Source of the DNA: Sphingomonas sp.
GTDB lineage: Bacteria > Pseudomonadota > Alphaproteobacteria > Sphingomonadales > Sphingomonadaceae
Length of the DNA stretch: 54,614 nucleotides
Reading direction: 5' to 3'
Assembly (NCBI GenBank): GCA_045810685.1
Contig: JBJMVJ010000008.1
Location: 1 to 54,614, forward strand
Position 1 is the stretch's first letter. The number at the start of each line of letters is the position of its first letter. Below the pieces are notes generated by a model. It saw only the letters and a list, made by a program, of their open reading frames with translations. It was not told where the DNA came from and ran no database searches. Positions 1 to 11,200 of this stretch are shown here, piece by piece. Made by a program: the position numbers and the translations under genes.

Positions 1-421
1 CACCGCCTGGTCCAAATCAGTGCCGAACCCGTGGGGGTTCCAGGTCCGGCCGAACGCGCTGCTGTCGATGGTCAGCGGCTATGCCGATGCAGCCGCGGCG
101 ACGCCGCTCGGCTGGCCGGTCTTTTGGATCAGTCTTGCGCTGGCGACGCTGATCTTTGCGCTTTCGTCCGCAACGCCAACGCCGGTACGGGCCATTGCGG
201 CTTCGGCCTTTCTCTACGGCCTCAGCTACCTGATCGTCGGCGTCGCCATTGGCATCCGCTATTATTTCTGGACGATCACCGGCGCGGGTCTTGCCGCGAT
301 GCTCGTCGCGGGTGAGCTGTGGGGGCGCCGGGCGGGCTTCCCACGCCATGCGCTTCTGCTTGGAACGGCCGTCGTGGTGCTGCCGACGGTCCTTGCGACT
401 GTCGCGCGCATTGCCTCCTGA
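1..421 (+). CDS. Integral membrane protein, 5' truncated by the window edge
   Basis: Frame is open from base 2 (TAWSKSVPNPWGF...) to TGA at 419-421; about four hydrophobic helices; no motif recognised. Confidence 0.6.
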   Translation, partial: TAWSKSVPNPWGFQVRPNALLSMVSGYADAAAATPLGWPVFWISLALATLIFALSSATPTPVRAIAASAFLYGLSYLIVGVAIGIRYYFWTITGAGLAAMLVAGELWGRRAGFPRHALLLGTAVVVLPTVLATVARIAS

Positions 422-482
422 TCGCCGCGATATGAACGAAACGTCATTGGCGGCCGTGCTCCGATCGAATTACCGCTGAGCC

Positions 483-3400
483 ATGGCCGACCGCCAGATC
501 TTCCACGATCCGTCAGGGCGCCGCGGCAAGCGGTTCAGGCTCGCCGTCGTGCTGTTCGTCCTGCTCAACATCCTCAGCGTGGCCGCGCTGTTCGCGACCA
601 TCCGGGTAGTTCCAGCTCAGCCGCCACTACCCGTCGCTCTCGAGCATGGAGTCGCCCAAACGCGCCCCCGGCCGACGTTGCTTGCGCAAGCGACGAGGCG
701 GGTCGACGCCGCCATCCGCCAGCTGCTCGGGACGCAGCCGCCGAGCGCGCGCCGGGTCGGAGCCCGCAGGGCGACGGCGGCCGCGACCGCGATGAGCAAA
801 CCGCTCTACGTCGGCTTCTACGTGCCGTGGGACGTAAGCTCGAGCGCCTCGCTCCAGCGGCACATCGACGATCTCGACTGGCTCGCACCGGTGTGGGTTA
901 CGGTGACCGGCCCGGCGCATCAGTTCAACGTGCTTCCCGACCCCGATGGCCGCTCGCTGATCAACGCCGCGGCGCACCGGCCTCTGATCCTCCCCGTCGT
1001 CCAGAATTTCGCCAATGGACAAGTGGATCAGCCTGGAATCCAGGCGATGCTCGCCGATCCGCGCCTGCGCCGCCGCTTTCTCGACCAGCTCGAGCCGTTC
1101 CTGCTCGCCAACCACGCGTCTGGCGCGGTGTTCGATTTCGAGCAGCTCGATCGGCCGGGGCAGGAGCATTATCTCCAGCTTCTCGCGGAGGCGCGGCAAC
1201 GGTTCATCAAGCACCGCTGGCTGCTGACCGTCGCGGTTCCGGTCGACCAACCGTGGGACCTCAGGCGCTTCGCCCAGCTCGCCGATAAACTGTTCGTTAT
1301 GGCCTATGACGAGCATTCGAACGACGGCCCGCCCGGGCCAATCGCCTCGCAGCAATGGTGGGCGAGCTCGGTCGCGGCCGTGGTTCGCCAGATCCCGCGC
1401 GACAAGGTCATCGTCACGCTCGGCAACTATGCCTACGATTGGCACGACGGCACCGGCGATCCCGAAAACGTCGAAGAAGCCTGGGTCGATGCGGGCGACA
1501 GCGAGGCGCCGCCGGTGTTTGATCGGCTCGCCGGCAACAGCACCTTCGCCTACGCTGACGAGCAGGGCCACCCGCACACCGTGTGGATGCTCGATGCGGC
1601 GAGCGCGTTCAATGAGCTGAGCGTGCTCGATCGCGCCGGCATTCGCGAGGTGGGGCTGTGGCGACTCGGCGCCGAGGATCCGGATCTGTGGTCAATCTTC
1701 GGCCGAAATGTTCGCACTCCGCGAACCCTCTCCGGCCTCGTGCACCTGCGCGAGGGCACCAATGTCGATATCGAAGGTCCGGGGGAGATCATCCGGATCA
1801 CCGCGCTTCCAACGCCTGGCCTGCGCAAGCTGACGCTTGGGCGGAACGGCCTGCTCACCAACGTCGAATTCATCCGCGTGCCGCGGCCGTACACGATCAC
1901 GCGGACCGGCGATCGGCCGGGGGCGGTCGCGCTGACCTTCGACGACGGGCCCGATCCGCGCTGGACCGGGCGGATTCTCGACATCCTCAAGCAGAAGCGG
2001 GTTCCTGCCACCTTCTTCATCATCGGCGAGAATGCGCTGACCGAACGCGGGCTGCTCCAGCGAATGCTGCGCGAAGGACACGAGATCGGCAGTCACACCT
2101 ACACCCACCCAAACCTCGCCAATGCCGACGCGATCCGGACGCGTTATGAACTGAACGCTACGCAGCGATTGTTCCAGGCGTTTACCGGGCGCACGCTCAA
2201 GCTGTTCCGCGCGCCATTTTTCGGCGACGCCGAGCCGACCACGGCGGACGAGATCGTGCCGGTGTGGGAGGCGCAGGACCGCGGCTATCTCTCCGTCGGA
2301 CTGCACGTCGACAGCGAGGACTGGCAGCGGCCCGGCGTCCCGGCAATCATCAACAATGTCGTGTCGGGAGTGCTCAAGAACGAGGCCTGCGACGTCACGT
2401 CCGAAACGCAGTGCAGCCACAATATCGTCCTCCTCCACGATTCGGGCGGCGACCGGCGGCAGACCATCGCGGCACTGCCAGCGATCATCGATATACTACG
2501 CTCGCGCGGCTATTATTTCGTTCCGGTGTCGGAGCTCGCCGGCCTGTCCCGCGCGCAGGCGATGCCGCCGCTCTCGCCGGCGGATTATGCTGCGGCGCGG
2601 GTCGACCTCGGCCTGTTCCAGCTGCTCGGATTTTCAGTGCGTGCGCTCGGTTTCCTGTTCACCGCGGCGATCATTCTGGGCATCGCCCGGGCGTTGACCT
2701 TGAGCGGCCTTGCGCTGCTGTCGGCGTGGAACGAACGGCGGCGGCGGCGACCGCCGATCGACCCCGACGTGTTCGTCAGCGTGCTGATCCCCGCCTACAA
2801 CGAGGAGCGCGTGATCGAGCGCTCGGTGTCGCGGGTTCTCGACAGCGCCAAGGTGCGCGTCGAAGTCATCGTGATCGACGATGGTTCGAGGGACCGAACG
2901 TCGCATATCGTCGAGCAGGCGTTTGGCGCTGATCCGCGCGTCCGCCTGATCTCCCTCGACAATGGCGGGAAGGCGCGCGCGCTCAACCACGGACTCGCGC
3001 TCGCGAAGAGCGAGATCGTCGTCGCGCTTGATGCTGATACCCAGTTCGAGACCGACACGATTGCCCGGCTGGCGCGCTGGCTCGTCGCCGATGAGCGGCT
3101 CGCCTCGGTTGCCGGTAACGCGAAGGTCGGCAACCGGGTCAACATCGTCACGCGCTGGCAAGCGCTCGAATATATCACCGCGCAGAATCTCGAGCGGCGC
3201 GCGCTTGCGCGGCTCGGCGCCATGACCGTGGTTCCCGGAGCCGTCGGGGCGTGGCGGAAACAGGCGATCCTCGAGGTCGGCGGCTACCCGCCCCAGACCC
3301 TGGCCGAAGACCAGGACCTCACCATTGCCGTCCAGCGCGCCGGCTGGAAGGTCGCCTACGACCAGAGCGCGATCGCGTGGACCGAGGCGCCGCAGTCGAT

Positions 3401-3923
3401 CAAGCAGCTCGCGCGCCAGCGTTACCGCTGGGCTTATGGAACGATGCAGTGCGTGTGGAAGCACAAAGGCGCGATGGCTACCCGCCGGCCGCCGGGTCTG
3501 GCCTTCATCGGGCTGCCGCAGACCATCCTGTTCCAGTTGGTCTTCGCTCTCATCTCGCCAGTGATCGACCTCGCGCTGCTCGTCAGCATCTTCAGCACCG
3601 TCACGTCGATCGAGGAGCATGGCTACACCGCGATGCAGGGCGATTTGCAGCATGTCGCCTTTTTCTGGCTGCTGTTCGCCGCCATCGACCTTACCGCCGG
3701 GCTCATCGCAATGGCGCTCGAACGGCGCGAGAATTGGCGCCTGATCGCGTGGCTTCTCCCGCAGCGGTTCGGCTATCGTCAGATCATGTATTATGTCGTG
3801 ATCAAGGCCGCGGTCCAGGCGCTGCGCGGCCCCCTCGTCGGCTGGTCGTCCATCGCCCGCTCAGGCAAGGTCGAGGTCGGGCCGAGGAAGGATCGAGTCA
3901 TGGTGGACTCCGCACTGCTTTAG
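483..3923 (+). CDS. GH18-like hydrolase / CE4 polysaccharide deacetylase / GT2 processive glycosyltransferase fusion
   Basis: N-terminal TM helix; GH18-like GAVFDFE and VMAYDEH; CE4 motifs LTFDDGP, HTYTH, FRAPF, LLHD; GT2 motifs DDGS, DAD, ED, QRYRW; C-terminal TM helices. Confidence 0.9.
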   Translation: MADRQIFHDPSGRRGKRFRLAVVLFVLLNILSVAALFATIRVVPAQPPLPVALEHGVAQTRPRPTLLAQATRRVDAAIRQLLGTQPPSARRVGARRATAAATAMSKPLYVGFYVPWDVSSSASLQRHIDDLDWLAPVWVTVTGPAHQFNVLPDPDGRSLINAAAHRPLILPVVQNFANGQVDQPGIQAMLADPRLRRRFLDQLEPFLLANHASGAVFDFEQLDRPGQEHYLQLLAEARQRFIKHRWLLTVAVPVDQPWDLRRFAQLADKLFVMAYDEHSNDGPPGPIASQQWWASSVAAVVRQIPRDKVIVTLGNYAYDWHDGTGDPENVEEAWVDAGDSEAPPVFDRLAGNSTFAYADEQGHPHTVWMLDAASAFNELSVLDRAGIREVGLWRLGAEDPDLWSIFGRNVRTPRTLSGLVHLREGTNVDIEGPGEIIRITALPTPGLRKLTLGRNGLLTNVEFIRVPRPYTITRTGDRPGAVALTFDDGPDPRWTGRILDILKQKRVPATFFIIGENALTERGLLQRMLREGHEIGSHTYTHPNLANADAIRTRYELNATQRLFQAFTGRTLKLFRAPFFGDAEPTTADEIVPVWEAQDRGYLSVGLHVDSEDWQRPGVPAIINNVVSGVLKNEACDVTSETQCSHNIVLLHDSGGDRRQTIAALPAIIDILRSRGYYFVPVSELAGLSRAQAMPPLSPADYAAARVDLGLFQLLGFSVRALGFLFTAAIILGIARALTLSGLALLSAWNERRRRRPPIDPDVFVSVLIPAYNEERVIERSVSRVLDSAKVRVEVIVIDDGSRDRTSHIVEQAFGADPRVRLISLDNGGKARALNHGLALAKSEIVVALDADTQFETDTIARLARWLVADERLASVAGNAKVGNRVNIVTRWQALEYITAQNLERRALARLGAMTVVPGAVGAWRKQAILEVGGYPPQTLAEDQDLTIAVQRAGWKVAYDQSAIAWTEAPQSIKQLARQRYRWAYGTMQCVWKHKGAMATRRPPGLAFIGLPQTILFQLVFALISPVIDLALLVSIFSTVTSIEEHGYTAMQGDLQHVAFFWLLFAAIDLTAGLIAMALERRENWRLIAWLLPQRFGYRQIMYYVVIKAAVQALRGPLVGWSSIARSGKVEVGPRKDRVMVDSALL

Positions 3924-3995
3924 CCAAGGGCGTCGCTCGCGTGTTGCCGCGGCCCTCGCTTCCTGTAAATTGCCGCGCCTTCAGGGGAGAGTTGT

Positions 3996-5080
<1,085 letters not shown>

Positions 5081-5084
<4 letters not shown>

Positions 5085-5956
5085 CGAGCGAGCGCGACTG
5101 GCGCGGGCTGCTGTTCGTCGCGCCGTTCCTCGCGCTCTATTCGCTGATCCTGATCCTTCCGCTGCTGCGCGGACTGTGGCTCAGCCTCAACCAGGTCGAC
5201 CTGTTCGGCGCTGGTCATTTCGTCGGCGTCGGCAATTACGCGCGGCTGCTGCACGATCCGGTCTTCGGCACGTCGCTGGTCAATACGTTCGAGGTCACGC
5301 TGATGATCGTGCCGGTGCTGACTGTGATCGCGCTGCTGCTCGCGCTAGCGCTCAACCGCGCCGGCAAGGGCGCAGCGATCGTGCGCGGAATCTTCTTCGC
5401 CTCCGCGGTGCTGTCGGTGACCATCGTCACCCTCATCTGGCGCTTCGTGCTCGCGCCCGACGCCGGCCTTCTTGGGGAGGCGTGGAAAACAGCAGGATGG
5501 CAGCCGCTGCCGTTCCTCAGCGACGTCCACCTCGTCCTGCCGGCCCTGGCGATCACCACCATCTGGTGGTCGGTCGGCTTCCCGATGCTGCTGTTCCTTG
5601 CCGGGCTGCAGCAGATCCCCGAGGACATGTACGAGGCCGCCGCTCTCGACAATGCGAGCCGCTGGACAACCTTCTGGCGTATCACCCTGCCGTCGCTCAG
5701 GCGCACGACCGTTTTGGTGGTCATGCTGCAAACGGCGGCGCAATTGCAGCTGTTCGGACAAGCGCAGCTGCTGACCGCCGGCGGCCCCAGCGGAGCGTCG
5801 CGCACCGCCGTCCTGTTCCTGTTCGAAACGGCCTTCGGTCGATGGGAGCTGGGCTATGCCAGCGCGGCGGCGGAAGTGCTGTTCCTGATCATCCTAGCGG
5901 TTACACTCACGCAATATTGGGCGACCGGCCGGACGGGAGCGCAGGATGTCCGCTAG
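5081..5956 (+). CDS. Carbohydrate ABC transporter permease (MalF type)
   Basis: Multiple TM helices; EAA loop YEAAALDNAS; ATGA overlap with the upstream gene. Confidence 0.93.
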
Positions 5957-6782
5957 CCTGCAGCGCGGCCGCCTGACGCCGCTCGGCTGGGCGGCCCTGC
6001 TGCTGGGCGCGCTGGTCATGGTCACGCCGCTCCTCTGGACGCTGCTGCTGTCGCTCAAGCACAATGCCGATCTCGTCGGCCATAGCGGCGCTGCGCTGCA
6101 CGGCCCCTACACGCTCGAGAATTACGGCGCGATCTTCGGCAACAGCCTGACGCTGCGCTGGCTGCTCAACAGCGCGATCGTCGCACTGGGCATGACTGCC
6201 GGCGTGCTGATCCTCGCCAGCCTCGCGGGATATGCCTTTGCCCGGCTCGACTTCCCGCTGCGCCGCACCTTGTTCGTCATCGTCCTGCTGGGCCTTGCGG
6301 TGCCGAGCCAGGCGGTGATCCTGCCGCAGCACCAGCTGTTCGCCTCGCTTCACCTTCACAACAGCTATCCGGGCCTGATCCTGCCCGGCCTGATCGCACC
6401 GTTCGGCGTGTTCTTCATGACCACGTACATGCGCGGGATCCCGCGCGAGCTCGACGAAGCGGCGATGCTCGACGGCGCGTCGCGCTGGACCATTTTCCGC
6501 AAGATCATCCTGCCGCTGACCGTTCCCGCACAGTCGACGCTTGCGGTCTTCACCTTCCTCGGCGCGTGGAACGATTATTGGTGGCCGCTGATCAGCGCGA
6601 CGCGCAGCGACATGTATACGCTGACGGTCGGTCTCGCCGCCGCACAGATGAACTATGCCCAGACCAGCGGCCTCGGTTTTCTGATGGCGCAGGCGGTGTT
6701 CGCCTCCATCCCGATCTTCATCGTTTACATTGTCTTCCAGAAGCAGATCGTGCGCGCGATGGCCGGCGCCGCGGTGCGATGA
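5946..6782 (+). CDS. Carbohydrate ABC transporter permease (MalG type)
   Basis: AGYAFARL, EAAMLDGAS and WNDYWWP motifs; TM helices. Confidence 0.93.
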   Translation: MSASLQRGRLTPLGWAALLLGALVMVTPLLWTLLLSLKHNADLVGHSGAALHGPYTLENYGAIFGNSLTLRWLLNSAIVALGMTAGVLILASLAGYAFARLDFPLRRTLFVIVLLGLAVPSQAVILPQHQLFASLHLHNSYPGLILPGLIAPFGVFFMTTYMRGIPRELDEAAMLDGASRWTIFRKIILPLTVPAQSTLAVFTFLGAWNDYWWPLISATRSDMYTLTVGLAAAQMNYAQTSGLGFLMAQAVFASIPIFIVYIVFQKQIVRAMAGAAVR

Positions 6783-8086
6783 GGCGGACCGCCGCCGCGC
6801 TCGCCGCACTGCTCGCGCTCGGCAGCTGCGCGCGCAGCGACCACAAGACCCACCTCTACCTCCAGCGCTTCTTCGGCGAGTGCGGCGCCGAATATGGCGG
6901 CAGCACCGACATCGCCAAGGCCGAGGGCGAGTGCGGGATCATCACCACGTTGGTCGATCGCTTCAACGCCGAGAACCCCGACGTGCACGTCGACGTCAAT
7001 GTCGTCGCCTGGCCCGGCTATCCGCAGCTTACCGCGCAGGTTGCGGCGCGCGATCCGCCCGACCTCGTCACCATGCACGAGGGCGTGATCAGCGATTATG
7101 CGCTGAAGGGCCTGCTCGAGCCGGTCGACGACTATCTGCAGATGGCACGGATCAGCCCGACGGACTTCACAGACGCCGCGCGCGCCGGGGTCACGATCAA
7201 CGGCCATGCCTACGGCCTGCCGTGGGACACGCACGGCGGACTGTTCCACGTCAACACCGCTTTGTTTGCCAAGGCCGGGCTTATGCGCGGCGGCAAGCCG
7301 GTGCTGCCCAACACCGCCGACGAGCTGATTGCCGAGGCGCGGCAGTTCGAGCAGCGCACCGGCAAGCCCTATCTCATCCAGAGCAATGTCGGCGACCCGG
7401 CCTTCGCCGCGCGCAACCTCTACACCTACATGATGGCCAAGGGCGCGGTGTTGTTCCCGGATGCACACCACATACGGCTCAACACACCGGTCGGGATCGA
7501 AGTCGCGAACTTCTTCCGCCGCATCAACCAGGAGCGGCTCGGCACGCAGAACATGGACACTCCCGCGGCGATCGCGGCGTTCATCAACGGCGAGGGCGGA
7601 ATCTACCCGACCGGCACCTGGATGATCGGCTCGTTCCAGCAGGAAGCGACCACGCCCGGGCGGCCGCTCTACAACAGCTATGCCGTCTTCCCCTACCCGC
7701 GTCTGTGGGGCGAACATGTCGAATATGTGAGCGGCCACAGCTGGGTGGTTCCAACGCGCAAGCGCAGCCCGGCGCAGCGCGCCGCGATTGCGCGCTTCTT
7801 CAAGTTCATGGCCGCGCACAATTATGACTGGGCCCGAACCGGCCACATTCCCGCGTTCAAGTCGGTGCTCGAAGACCCGCGCTTCCGTGCGCTGCCGCAC
7901 CGCGCGGACATCGCGCCGCTGGCCGAGATCGGCCGCCCGCTGCCGAGTTATGTCCAGCGCCAGAATGCGATCGAAGGGATCGTCGGCGAAGAAGCGGCCG
8001 CCGCGTTCACGGGGCAGAAGAGCGTCGAGGCCGCGCTCGCCGACGCCGAGCGACGAGTCAACGACATGCTCGGCCAGGTGGAATGA
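6779..8086 (+). CDS. Sugar ABC transporter substrate-binding lipoprotein
   Basis: Start reassigned to ATG 6779 (ATGA overlap with the permease stop); lipobox LGSC; PPDL and YGLPWD motifs of family-1 sugar-binding proteins. Confidence 0.88.
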   Translation: MRRTAAALAALLALGSCARSDHKTHLYLQRFFGECGAEYGGSTDIAKAEGECGIITTLVDRFNAENPDVHVDVNVVAWPGYPQLTAQVAARDPPDLVTMHEGVISDYALKGLLEPVDDYLQMARISPTDFTDAARAGVTINGHAYGLPWDTHGGLFHVNTALFAKAGLMRGGKPVLPNTADELIAEARQFEQRTGKPYLIQSNVGDPAFAARNLYTYMMAKGAVLFPDAHHIRLNTPVGIEVANFFRRINQERLGTQNMDTPAAIAAFINGEGGIYPTGTWMIGSFQQEATTPGRPLYNSYAVFPYPRLWGEHVEYVSGHSWVVPTRKRSPAQRAAIARFFKFMAAHNYDWARTGHIPAFKSVLEDPRFRALPHRADIAPLAEIGRPLPSYVQRQNAIEGIVGEEAAAAFTGQKSVEAALADAERRVNDMLGQVE

Positions 8087-8203
8087 GCCTCCGTTAACCC
8101 GGAGCAGTGTTGCCCGATTGCAGCTTGTAAGTTTCCCAGCACACGTAATACAACGTCGCTAAGTCACGGTAGCACTGCTGTTTGTCGCCAGAGGGGGCTC
8201 ATC

Positions 8204-11200
8204 ATGCGGCGTTCAACTCAGGTCCTGCTTTCCACCACTGCCATCGCGGCGATGTTTGGCGCGGCTTCACCGGCGCTCGCCAAAGCGGAGCCGGTACCGC
8301 CGCCCAATCCCGCGGCAACCGCGCAGCAAAATCCAGCTGAGCCGGTGCAGAACGCCGACGCGCCGCAGAGCCCGGCCGCGGCGGCCGCGCCGGCGGACTC
8401 GAGCGCGATCGTCGTGACCGGTCTCAGGCGATCGTTGCAGTCGGCGCGCAATATTAAGCGGAACAGCGACCAGGTCATTGATGCTGTCGTCGCCGAGGAC
8501 ATTGGCAAGCTCCCCGACATCACGGTCTCAGATACGGCGGCGCGCATACCGGGCGTTCAGGTGGAGCGGAACGGAGGCGAAGCCAGTCGTGTCCTTCTGC
8601 GGGGTCTCGACCGCACCTATTACACGACGACGTACAACGGCCGTGAGATCTATACGGCGGAAACTCGCTCGGTCGCGCTGCAGGATTTCCCCGCCGGCGG
8701 CATCGCCGCCGTCGAGGCGTTCAAAACCTCAACCGCCAATCTCGTGGAACCCGGTCTTGCAGGGCTTATCAATGTCCGCTCGCGCCGTCCCTTCGACTTC
8801 AAGGGGTTCGAGATCGCCGGCTCCGTCTGGGGCAATTACACGAACCAATCGCGGGATCTCAAACCCAACGCCCAACTGCTTCTGACTGACCGGTGGAATG
8901 CCGGCGCCGGAGAGTTCGGCGCGCTGATCAATTTTTCATATACGCGCTTGCACTATCAAGACTCGGTCCGGCGGCACGGCTTCTTCATCGCCGACCTCGC
9001 TGGCTTCCGCTCACCCGATTTCCCTGAAATTCGTTACTTCGAAGGCGACCGCTGGCGGCCCTCCGTCAACGGCGCTCTTCAATATCGTAACGGCAATCTC
9101 AACCTTTACGCCGAGGGTCTTTGGCAAGGCTATCGTGAGAACGTGACCGACCGCCTGTGGCAGCAGCCCCTCTGGAACTGCGGCCAGGCGACCTACTCCA
9201 ACCTGGTTACTGAGAATGGCCAGATCATCAGCGGCACGGTCAATCGGCCTGGTTGCAACGGTGACTGGCCGCAGGGCTTCCAGGGCGCGACAAAGCGGCA
9301 CACCGACACGTATCAGTTTGCCGTCGGCGGCAGCTACGATGCCGGGCCGCTCAGAATCACGGCGGACCTCGCGCGGACCGACAGCACCTTCAAGCTTCGC
9401 ACCGAGAGCGTGGATTACAAGATCAGCAGCAACAATCTGACCGTCAACTGGTTCACTGGCCGACCCGGCGGATCAGGGCCGACTATTGAAGTCGTCGGCC
9501 TCGATTTCGCTAACCCGGCCAATTACAGGTACCGCGGCTTCTTCGAAGACTATCTGACGGCGAAGGGCAAGGACTGGCAAGGCCGGCTCGATTTCGAATA
9601 CACGTCCGGGCTCGCCTTCCTTCCAAAAATTCAATGGGGCGTACGCTACGTCGATCGCGATGCGACGAGGAGGGCTGGAGCGCGCTATTTCAATGCCAAC
9701 AATGGCGGCGTCTTCAACATTCCGATCAGCACCGTGCCGCTCGATTATGAGCTGTTCCACCCGGCCTTCAACGGGGACAGCAACGCCCCCACGCCAAGAA
9801 CCTGGTTGGCGCCGACATTCAATAGCGTGTGGAATAACTTGACCGCGCTTCGGCAGTTCAACGTCGCTCTGCACGTCCCGTGCGACGGCGACCCGGCCAT
9901 CGTCAACTGTGACGTCAATGCTCCTAACGCCGATCCGCGCCGCAACTTCAGCGTCAACGAGAAATCACCTGCGGCCTATGCGCAGCTGAACTATAATTTC
10001 GATGCGGGCGGCGTGAACATCACGGGTATTCTCGGCCTTCGTTACGTTCACACCAAGGATCAGGTGACGGGGACACAGTTTGCGCCGGGGACGCCTGCAG
10101 TCGGCACGCCGATTTCGGTCACCAACAAATATACGGACTGGCTGCCCAACGCGAACATGAACATTCGCTTCAGCCGCGATTGGCAGCTTCGCCTCGCAGC
10201 GACGAAGACTCGTACGCGACCGCTGTTCGAACAGCTGAATCCATCGCTGGACCTGGCCGCGCCTGTCACCTGCTCTCCTGGACAGACCAATTGTATCCGT
10301 ACCGGTAATGGTGGCAATCCGTTCTTGAGGCCGCTGCGCTCAACCAATTACGATGCGAGCCTCGAATATTACTTCTCACGCACGGGATTTGCCTCGGCCG
10401 CGGTGTTCTTGCGCGACATGAACGGCTTCATCGTTAACCGGACCTTCGATTACCCGAATCTCGATCCCAATGGAGCGACGTTGGAGATCACGGGCCCGGT
10501 CAACACAGACAAGGGCAAGATAAAAGGTTTCGAGGCACAGGTTAGCACGTTCTTCGATTGGGATTTCGTGCCAAACTGGGCGCGCGCATTCGGTGCGCAG
10601 GCGAACGTCACGTATATCGACGCCAAAGCCGAGATCCCGCTGTTCTGTCCTGCTTTCATCAATCCGTGCGTGTCGACGTTGCCGTTCGATCCCAACGCCA
10701 CGGTTCGCAATTTGCCAATTCCGGATGTGTCCAAGTGGACGTGGAACCTTGTCGGCATGTACGAGCGTGGTCCACTAAGCGTGCGGCTGTCGTACAACCG
10801 GCGCAGCAGCTATCCTGAAGGCGCGCTCGATCAGCGTCGCGAGGGTCCAGACCCAAGAAACCCGATCAACTATACGCTGCAGGGCCGCGGCAATCCGGTC
10901 AGTCGACTGGACCTCTCGACCACCTACAACTTTACTGACCAATTCACGTTGTTCTTCGACTGGACCAACATGCTGAAAAAGCCGTTCAAGTCCGATATCG
11001 TACGCACGAATTACGGGACGAAGAACGGCCTGCCGAGCAGCACGGAAATCTTCCCAATGGTCGTTCGGTTCGAAGAGTCCGTGATCTCCGCCGGTATCCG
11101 CTTCCGGTTCGGCGGCGAGGAGCATCGCGCTCCGGCACCGGTCCCGGTCGTCGCGCCGCCGCCTCCGCCGCCGCCTGTCGTCGAAGCGCCGCCGCCGGCG

